A stretch of DNA of 64,000 bases from Somniosus microcephalus (taxonomy: Eukaryota): assembly GCA_052327205.1 (NCBI GenBank), contig CM126204.1:212970001-213034000 (forward strand), written 5' to 3'. The position numbers and the translations under genes were made by a program. Positions 55,729-64,000 of this stretch are shown here, piece by piece (positions within the stretch are counted from its first letter, which is position 1; each line of letters starts with the position of its first letter). A model generated the notes under the pieces. That model ran no database searches, was not told where the DNA came from, and saw only the letters and a program-made list of their open reading frames with translations.

Positions 55729-56159
55729 CGCGTCTCGCCACAGCAATCACCAGACACACTGAGCGTCTAGACACTGCAATCACCAGGCACGCTGAGCGTT
55801 TAGCCACAGCAATCACAAGACACAATTAGCATCTAGACAAAGCAATCACCAGACACACTGAGCGTCTAGAAAACAGCAATCACCAGAAACACTGAGCATC
55901 TAGACACAGCAATCACTAGACAAACTGCGCATCGAGACACAGCAATCACCAGACACACTGAGCATCTGGACACAGCAATCACTAGGCAAACTGAGCATCG
56001 AGACACAGCAATCACCAGACACACTGAGCATCTGGACACAGCAATCACCACACTCACTGACTGTCTAGACACAGCAATCACGAGACACACTGTGTGTTTA
56101 GACACAACAATTACAAGAGACACTGAGTGCCTAGACACAGCAATCACCAGACACACTGA
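55729..56159 (+). repeat. 33-bp satellite array segment (~13 units)
   Basis: Same monomer. Confidence 0.96.
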
Positions 56160-56475
56160 GGCCTAGAAATTCAGTTGGCTGCACCAGCCGTTAGCACCTT
56201 AGGAGGAGCAGATCTCGAGCGCTAGGCGCTTAGCGCCCGGGCGCAGCGCGATCTGCGCCTCGTCCCAACTTCAGTAGACATTTAGCGCCGGTGCAAAGTC
56301 ATTGCGCGCACTCATCTGCGCGCGCAGATCATGACGTCATTTCGTCGTGCAACGCCCTTTGTGCGCCCAGAACCGGAACTTCACTCGCGCCGCCCCATTG
56401 TGCGCCGGGCGGCCCTAACGACTGTTGAGTGGAACGGTACACAGCCGAGGCGGGCCGTGGGCACTTACCCTGCAC

Positions 56476-56481
56476 TATAAA
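56476..56481 (+). promoter_or_regulatory. Putative TATA box of the transposase gene
   Basis: TATAAA about 170 bp upstream of the ATG at 56650, next to a CpG-rich subterminal region. Confidence 0.5.
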
Positions 56482-56649
56482 GGGCAGCCATTTTGCAGCA
56501 CTCACTCTTGTGCAACGGATTTTTGGAGCGAGACCAAGGAAGAGAGCTTACTGCTTTGGCCCAACACTGGGACAGGTATTTTTGGCTTCAGGCCAGAGCT
56601 TTGCAATTCTCTTTGCCTTCATTGAGATCTCAGTGTTTGCCAGCATATT

Positions 56650-57785
56650 ATGGGGCTGCATTGGGTGCCAACGCTGAGTTCCAGCATTATGTCGGAAGGG
56701 CTTACAGACGCCGTGAGAGAGTGGCAGCCCTGGCTAGACGCAGAGGGGGCAACAGGCGTCGCCAAGGGAGGCCTTACCCACCCAGGGTATACCGCCAGCA
56801 GTTCTCCTATCTCAACATGTCTGCCGCGCAGTGTGTTAGGAGGCTGCAATTCAGAAGGGAGGTGGTTGCAGAGATCTGCCAGCTGCTTCACAGAGATCTG
56901 CGTCCACAGCTGAGGCGCAGGACGTCTCTGTCGGTGGCAGTGAAGGTGACGGTGGCTCTCAACTTCTATGCCACCGGCTCCTTCCAATCCGCTGCTGGGG
57001 ACATCGCTAACATCTCCCAGTTCGCCGTGCATTGCTGCATCCGCCAGGTGACCAGTGCCCTTTTCAGAAGGAGACGTCAATTCATCTCCTTCCCCATGAC
57101 CCTGGACAAGCAGCAGCGTGCAGTGGGATTTGCAAGAATAGCGGGCTTCCCCATGGTGCAGGGCGCCATTGACTGCACGCATGTGGCTTTGCGGGCACCT
57201 CTGGAGCATGCCGAGGATTACCGCAACCGGAAGGGCTACCATTCCCTCAACGTACAGCTGGTGTGTGACCACAGGCAGCGCATCCTAGCTGTCAATGCCC
57301 GCTTTCCAGGCAGCAGCCACGATGCCTTTATCCTGCGACAGACAACTGTGGCTGACATGTTCCAGGCACAGCCTCACCGAAGAGGATGGCTTATCGGGGA
57401 CAAAGGCTATCCTTTGTGTACCTGGCTCATGACCCCGCTCCGCGCGCCCAGGACCCCTGCTGAAGAGGCATACAACGAGAGCCATCAAGCGACCAGGAAC
57501 ATCATCGAACAAACAATCGGCATCCTGAAGCAACGGTTCCGCTGTCTGGATCGCTCCGGTGGAGCCCTCCAGTATTCGCAGGAGTGAGTCTCCCAATTCG
57601 TCGTCGTTTGCTGCATGCTGCACAACCTGGCTATCCGCAGGACTCAGGCACTGCCACCTCACGATGGACCACCACCTCAGGAGGAGGAGCAGGAGGAGCA
57701 TGAGGAGGAGGAGGAGTACCAGCCCAGGAGGGAGGCAGAAGGTCTAAGGGCCGCCCGTCGGCGGCTTATTGAACGTCACTTCTAG
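56650..57785 (+). pseudogene. Harbinger DDE transposase (HARBI1-like, DDE_Tnp_4 type) with one nonsense codon and a probable 5' frameshift
   Basis: GAIDCTHV, YRNRKGYHSLNVQ, PGSSHDAFI, GDKGYP and RNIIEQTIGILKQRFRCL motifs. After TGA at 57585-57587 the same frame continues VSQFVVVCCMLHNLAIRR...ERHF to TAG at 57783-57785. The ATG at 56650 is one base out of frame in a G run. Confidence 0.92.
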
Positions 57786-57898
57786 GCCCCCTGTCAGGGA
57801 ATGGCTTGTGCCAATGAAGGAACATGATTGCAGCCGCTCCGCAAGCCCTCAGCCGGTTAAGGCAACAAACACTTCAAAGATCAAACATGGACAATCTG

Positions 57899-57918
57899 AA
57901 TAAATAAAATGGTTTATT
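57899..57918. terminator. Back-to-back polyadenylation signals for the convergent genes
   Basis: AATAAATAAA on + (57899-57908) and AATAAA on - (TTTATT at 57913-57918), between the two stop codons. Confidence 0.65.
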
Positions 57919-58102
57919 GTACAAACTCAGGGCCCTTCCCACATGAAAACCAAAAACAGACGAAACCCCCAAAAAACACTCACACACATGACTCACTCCC
58001 ACAACCTGAGGAGGATTAACAAAAGATGTAAACAAAAATGGCCTTCATCCTCGGCCTTCACAAAACACCCATTCCAAAAAACAAAACATTTGGCCACACC
58101 CT

Positions 58103-60112
58103 CTACTTTGTGGCCCGTGAGGGCGATGCCTTCTGCAAACTTTGGCGGCCCCTGCACGCCCTGCTGCTCCTCCTCAAAGTGAGGCCAGTGGCTGCTGCAA
58201 GGCTGGGGGCAGGCTCCTGAGGGGCACATGTCGTGACGGCAGATGCCCTTGGGGGTCGGCCTAGACGAGGTCTGGCCCTCGAGGGACCGGCTGGTGAATG
58301 CTGCAGCTGTGGCTGGGCAGCATCAGTCGCTGCAGCAGCTTGTGGCAGCTCCACTGGGGGAGTGGCAGTGGTGGCTGGAGGAATGGGGACAAGCTGGCGG
58401 ATGGCAGGCGCTCGCTGGTCGCCTGAGACACTGGCACTCGCCCGGGCCAGCACTGCAGCATGCGCAGCAATCTGCCGAGGGACAGACCGCTGTGCTGCTG
58501 CAGCGCGGCGGGTGCCCTGGCGATGCCTGGCTGACACAGCGAGTGTGGCAGCAGTGAGTGCCCGTGTTGCCCTGTTCTGTGACCGCATCAGAGCAGCCAG
58601 TGACTGCACGGCACCACTGATCACCTGGCCAGTCGCTGCCTGAGCTGCCCCGAATTCCGCCCGACTCGCTGCCTGATCTGCCCCGAATTCCGCCAAACTG
58701 GTGGCCTGTGAGGCCCCGAATTCGGTCACACTCCGAGACAGGGACTCAATGGCCTCAGGCATCCATGCCACTACCCCCATGAGCTGCGTGTGCCGGCGCT
58801 CCGAGTCCGCGGACATATCCTTGAGGAGGCGCAGCTCCTCGGCGGTGACCGTCTCCGGACTGGAGGCCGGACTCTCCCTCTGGGGAGAAGGCCGCCGAGC
58901 TGCCCGACCCTTCCTGCGTTGCTGGACGCCGCTGGGCCCAGCAATTGGACTCCCCTCCGACCCTTCCCCCCTCTGGGGAGAAGGCCGCTGAGCTTCCACC
59001 CCCCTCTCGCGTTTCTGCAGGCCGCTGGTCCCAGGAGCTACACTCCCCTCCGACACTTCCCCCAGGCTCCCCTCCAGGGAAGACGTGTCCCCTACATTGG
59101 CATGGCTTGCCGCGGCTGAGGGTTCCCCTGATGGGCCGCCTTCCTCTTCCTCCTCCTCCTCCTCCTCTTCTGAGGGGCTGTCACTGGCAACTTCAGGGAC
59201 CTCCTCCTCACCATCTGAAAGCAGGAAGGCACAAGAGTAGCTTTAGAGTGAGGAGAGGGCGTCAGCGAGGGATGCATGAGTGGTGGCATTCAGCGCATTG
59301 GTCGGACAGTGGCAAAGGATGTAGATCTGATGTGCAAGTGGGACGAGAGAGGTCCAAAGGGTGATGTCCTTACCATTGGTGCCCAGAACAGGGTCGGCAT
59401 CTCCAGATGCAACGGGGCCAATCACCCGGGCACCCATGATGCGCTCCACGCGCTATTGCAGCTCAGTGAGCTGCTGGATCTGGAGTCCGCTTCCCCCGGT
59501 CTCAGTCCGGCTCCTCTTATTATTGGCCAGCTTGGCCTGCAAGAGAAAGGACGGCCTCTAAGTACAGTGTGTAGCCCTGATCTTGTGTGCACTGCCTCTC
59601 ATGCTGGAATAGCCTGGCCAGTGTGTAGCCCTGATCTTGTGTGGACTGCCTCCCATGGTGGAATAGCCTGGCCAGTGTGTTGCCCTGATCTTGTGTGCAC
59701 TGCCTCCCATGGTCGAATAGCTTGGCCAGTGTGTTAAGTGCAGAATGTGCAATTGATGTTCATGACTGTCCCATAGCTGCTGCATGAGGGCTGGCCATTA
59801 GGGCTTTCAGGTCCCTTTGCCCATAATGTGAGGTGCACATGCAAGGATGAGGAGGACACTGGAAAGGGTACTCACCCTGACAATCCTGGCGAGGTCATTT
59901 AGCTTTTTGCGGCATTGTACAGAGCTCCTGGGGTCCTCACTGTTGGATGTCACCCTGGTGGCGACATGCCTCCAGGCTTTCCGGTAGACACGGGCCGCCG
60001 GCTTCTTCCCATTGTCCGGAAACAAGATATGGCGTCTCTTCTCCACAGCGCCAACCAGCACCCTCAGATCATGCTCTGAGAAGCGCTGCGCTCGTTCACG
60101 GGCCTTCTCCAT
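58103..60112 (-). pseudogene. Harbinger Myb/SANT-like DNA-binding protein, 3 exons (60112-59876, 59536-59374, 59214-58103; ~503 aa) with one internal stop
   Basis: Exon 1 encodes the Myb/SANT domain (RF..DL..L....E....LF...AW..VA..V......R...QCRKK.NDL). Donors GTGAGT and GTAAG, acceptors TTGCAG and TTTCAG. Phases join in frame (237+163+1112=1512 nt). TAG at 59453-59455 in exon 2. Confidence 0.88.
59565..59734. repeat. 3 x 54-bp tandem repeat in Myb intron 1
   Basis: CAGTGTGTAGCCCTGATCTTGTGTGCACTGCCTCYCATGSTGGAATAGCCTGGC starting at 59565, 59619 and 59673. Confidence 0.95.
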
Positions 60113-60473
60113 CCTTTCAGGCGCTATTTAGGTCCAGCAGCAGTGTTCAGGCCTAGCTGGAGGGCTGCAGTGTCCAGGGCGTGGCAGCAGACCAACTCGA
60201 CCCTTCCCCCTTAAGAGCTGGCCGGCGCCAGGGTGTCTGCTGTCAATCAAGAAATGACCGCACCTGCGCTGCGCCCGGCCTCGGCGGTAACGCTCAGCAC
60301 CGCTGGCTTAGCGCCTAAAGAGAGTCGTGCATCGCCAGTTTTAGCGCTCGAGCAAACTCTTAGGGCGAAGCTACTGAATATCGGCGAAGTGGCCTCGACT
60401 TTGCGCCGGGCGCAAACTTTAGTGGCCGCCCGACTTTACCGCCCCAAAAGTGGCTATAATGAATTTCTAGGCC

Positions 60474-63400
60474 CGAGTGTCTGGACACAGCAATCACCAG
60501 ACACACTGAGCGTCTAGACACAGCAATCACCTGACACACCGAGCGTCTGGACACAGCAATCACCAGATACACTGAGCTTCTAGACATAGCAATGAAAGGA
60601 CACACCGAGCATCTAGACACAGCAATCACCAGACACACCGAGCATCTGGACACAACAATCACTAGACACACTGAGCATCTGGACACAGCAATCACAAGGT
60701 ACACAGAGTGTTTAGACACATCAATCACCAGACACACTGAGCGTCTAGACACAGCAATCACAGGACACACTGAGCGTCTAGACAGAGCAATCAACAGACA
60801 CACTGAGAATCTAGACATGACAATCACCAGACACACCGAGTGTCTAGACACATCAATAAACAGGCACACCAAGCATCTAGATACAGCAATGACAGGACAC
60901 ACAGAGCGTCTAGCCACAGCAATCACCAGACACACTGAGCATCTAGACACATCAATCACCAGGCACACTGAGAATCTAAACACAGCAATCACCTGACACA
61001 CTGAGCGTCTAGACACAGCAATCACCAGACACACTGAGCGTCTAGACCACAGCAATCACCAGATAAACTGAGCGTCCAGGCACAGCAACCACCAGACATA
61101 CAGAGCGTCAAGCCACAACAATCACCAGACACACTGAGCATGTAGACACAGCAATCATCTGACACACTGGGCACCTGAAAACAGCAACCACCAGGCACAC
61201 TGAGCATCTAGACACATCAATCACAAGACACACTGACAGTCTAGACACAGCAATGACAGGACACACTGAGGGTCTAGACACAGCAATCACCAGACACACT
61301 CAGCATCTAGACCACAACAATGACAGGACACACTGAGCATCTGGACATAGCAATCACTAGACACACTGAGCGTCTAGACAGTGCAATCACCAGACACACT
61401 GAGCATCTGGAAACAGCAACCACCAGAAACACTGAGTGTCTAGACACAGCAATCACAAGACACACTGAGCGTGTAGACACAGCAATCACCAGACACACTA
61501 AGCATCTGGACATAGCAATCACCAGACACACTGAGCGTCTAGACACAGCAATCACTAGACACACTGAGCGCCTAGACACAGCAATCAACTGACACACTGA
61601 GCATACAGACAGAGCAATCACCAGACACACTGAGCGTCTAGACACTGCAATCACCAGACACACTGAGCGTTTAGCCACAGCAATCACCAGACACAATGAG
61701 CATCTAGACACAGCAATCACCAGACACACTGAGCGTCTGGACACAGCAATCACCACACACACTGAGCGTCTAGACACAGCAATCACTAGACACACTGTGC
61801 GTCTAGACACAACAATCACCAGACACACTGAGTGTCTGGACACAGCAATCACCACAAACACTGAGCGTCTAGACACATCAAACACCAGACACACTGAGCA
61901 TCTAGACACAGCAATCACCAGACACACTGAGCGTCTAGAGACAGCAATCACCTGACACACTGAGTGTTTGACACAGCAATCACAAGACACACTGAGCGTC
62001 TAGACACAGCAATGACAGGACACAATGAGCATCTAGACCACAGCAATCACCAGACACACTGAGCATCTAGACCACAGCAATCACTAGACACACTGAGCAT
62101 CTAGACACAACAATCGCCAGACACACTGAGCGTCTGGACACAGCAATCACCACAAACACTGAGGGTCAAGAAACAGCAATCACAAGACACACTGAGAATC
62201 TACACACATCAATCACCACAGACACTGAACGTCTAGGCACAGCAATCACCAGACACATTGAGCGTCTGGACACAGCAAACACAAGACACACTGAGTGCAT
62301 AGACACAGCAATCACCAGACAAACTGAGTGCTTGGACACAGCAATCACCAGACACACTGAGCGTCTAAACACACCAATCACCAGACACACTGAGCGTCTA
62401 AACACACCAATCACCAGACACACTGAGCTTCTAGACATAGCAATGAAAAGACACACCGAGCATCTAGACACAACAATCACCAGACATACTGAGCGTCTAG
62501 ACACAGCAATCAGAAGATACACTGAGTGTCTACACACAGCAATCACAAGACACACTCAGTGTCTAGACACAGCAATGATAGGACACACTGAGCGTCTAGA
62601 CACAGCAATCACCAGACACAATGAGCATCTAGACAACAGCAATCACCAGACACACTAAGCGTCTGGACACAGCAATCACCAGACACACTGAGCGTCTGGA
62701 CACAGCAATCACTAGAAACACCGAGTGTCTAGACACAACAATCACCAGAAACACTGAGCGTGTAGACACAGCAATTACCCGACACACTGAGCATCTGGAC
62801 ATAGCAATCACCAGACACACTGAGCGTCTAACACAGCAATCACTAGACACAGTGAGCGTCTAGACACAACAATCACCAAAAACACTGAGTGTCAATAAAC
62901 AGCAATCACAAGACACACTGAGCATCTGCACACATCAATCACAAGACACACTGAGTGTCTAGACACAGCAAACACCAGACACACTGAGTGTCTAGACACA
63001 GCAATCGCCAGACACACCAAGCGTCTGGACACAGCAATCACCAGACACACTGAGTGTCTAGACACAGCAATCACAAGACACACTGAGCGTTTAGACACAT
63101 CAATCACCAGACAGACTGAGTGTCTAGACCACAGAAATCAGCAGATAAACTGAGTGTCTGGACACAGCAATCACTAGACACATCGAGCATGTAGACACAG
63201 CAATCACAAGACACACTGAGCATCTCGACACAGCAATCATCTGACACACTCAGGGCCTGGACACAGCAATCACCAGACACACTGAGTGTCTAGACACATC
63301 AATCACAAGACACACTGACTATCTAGACACAGCAATGACAGGACACACTGAGGGTCTAGACAAAGCAATCACCAGGCACACTGAGCATCTGGACATAGCA

Positions 63401-63975
63401 ATCACTAGACACACTGAGCGTCTAGACACAACAATCACCAGAAACACTGAGCGTGTAGACACAGCAATTACCCGACACACTGAGCATCTGCACACATCAA
63501 TCACAAGACACACTGAGTGTCTAGACACAGCAAACACCAGACACACTGAGCGTTTAGACACAGCAATCACCCGACACACTGAGCGTGTAGACACAGCAAT
63601 TACCCGACACACTGAGCATCTGGACATAGCAATCACCAGACACACTGAGCGTCTAACACAGCAATCACTAGACACAGTGAGCGTCTAGACACAACAATCA
63701 CCACAAACACTGAGTGTCAAGAAACAGCAATCACAAGACACACTGAGCATCTGCACACATCAATCACAAGACACACTGAGTGTCTAGACACAGCAATCGC
63801 CAGACACACCGAGCGTCTGGACACAGCAATCACCAGACACACTGAGCTTCTAGACATAGCAATGAAAAGACACACTGAGTGTCTAGACACAGCAAACACC
63901 AGACACACTGAGTGTCTAGACACAGCAATCACCAGACACACCGAGCATCTAGACACAGCAATCATCAGACACATT
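60474..63975 (+). repeat. 33-bp satellite array segment (~3.5 kb)
   Basis: Same monomer. Confidence 0.97.
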
Positions 63976-64000
63976 GGGGGAGAAATTCAGTTGTGAGCGC
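63976..64000. mobile_element. Terminus of a further Harbinger element (runs off the window)
   Basis: GGGGGAGAAATTCAGTTG matches the left end GGCCTAGAAATTCAGTTG of the 56160 element. Only 25 bp are visible. Confidence 0.7.

Larger units (their letters stand above)
56160..60473 (+). mobile_element. Full-length PIF/Harbinger DNA transposon (4314 bp), two convergent genes, lightly mutated
   Basis: Perfect 14-bp TIRs GGCCTAGAAATTCA / TGAATTTCTAGGCC. 3-bp TSD TGA (56157-56159) / CGA (60474-60476). DDE transposase on +, Myb/SANT gene on -. Confidence 0.97.

Noticed and set aside
56493-56649. N-terminal extension of the transposase from the ORF-track start at 56493
   Set aside because: The start is a non-ATG codon only ~12 nt after the TATA box. 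It is more likely 5'UTR, with the true start at ATG 56650 followed by a frameshift.
56493-57785. Host domesticated gene HARBI1
   Set aside because: It is flanked by TIRs and a TSD, paired with a Myb gene and carries a nonsense codon, so it is a transposon copy.
58638-58735. 33-bp repeat in Myb exon 3 as the source of the 33-bp satellite
   Set aside because: Same period but no sequence similarity (GC-rich GCCCCGAATTC core).
56619-59737. Antisense/overlapping ORFs in the Harbinger (e.g. 56619-57272, 58233-58643, 59276-59737) and similar ones in the LTR element and LINE
   Set aside because: Shadow frames of real coding sequence or of GC-rich/repeat DNA, with no recognisable motifs.
1-63975. 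Hundreds of ORFs with 11-aa repeats (SRRSVCLVIAV on -, DTAITRHTERL on +) as a giant repeat protein
   Set aside because: They arise because 33 is divisible by 3. Frames are constantly broken by 31/34-bp monomers, stops and transposon insertions, and there is no unique coding context or splice structure.

Overview
Vertebrate genomic DNA, most likely from a shark or ray: it contains an HE1-like V-SINE, a CR1-type LINE with a (TTCTTATG)n tail and vertebrate-type Harbinger elements. About 50 kb is one uniformly oriented 33-bp satellite (consensus GACACAGCAATCACCAGACACACTGAGCGTCTA) with kb-scale higher-order duplications. The hundreds of 'SRRSVCLVIAV' and 'DTAITRHTERL' ORFs are translation artefacts of this satellite. 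Eight mobile elements interrupt it: three non-autonomous Harbinger deletion derivatives (442-1071, 1339-3215, 3915-5796), a young gag-protease-only Gypsy LTR element (39586-42201), a V-SINE (43639-43969), a 5'-truncated CR1 LINE (53327-55728), a full-length two-gene Harbinger with a transposase and a 3-exon Myb/SANT gene (56160-60473), and the start of another Harbinger at the window end. The most striking signal is targeting. Four Harbingers sit at exactly the same 3-bp position of the monomer (ACAC[TGA/CAA]GYGT), the non-autonomous family uses the rarer AAACAC monomer variant, and all the other elements also fall within the same ~10 bp (GACACACTGA) of the unit. No host genes were found.
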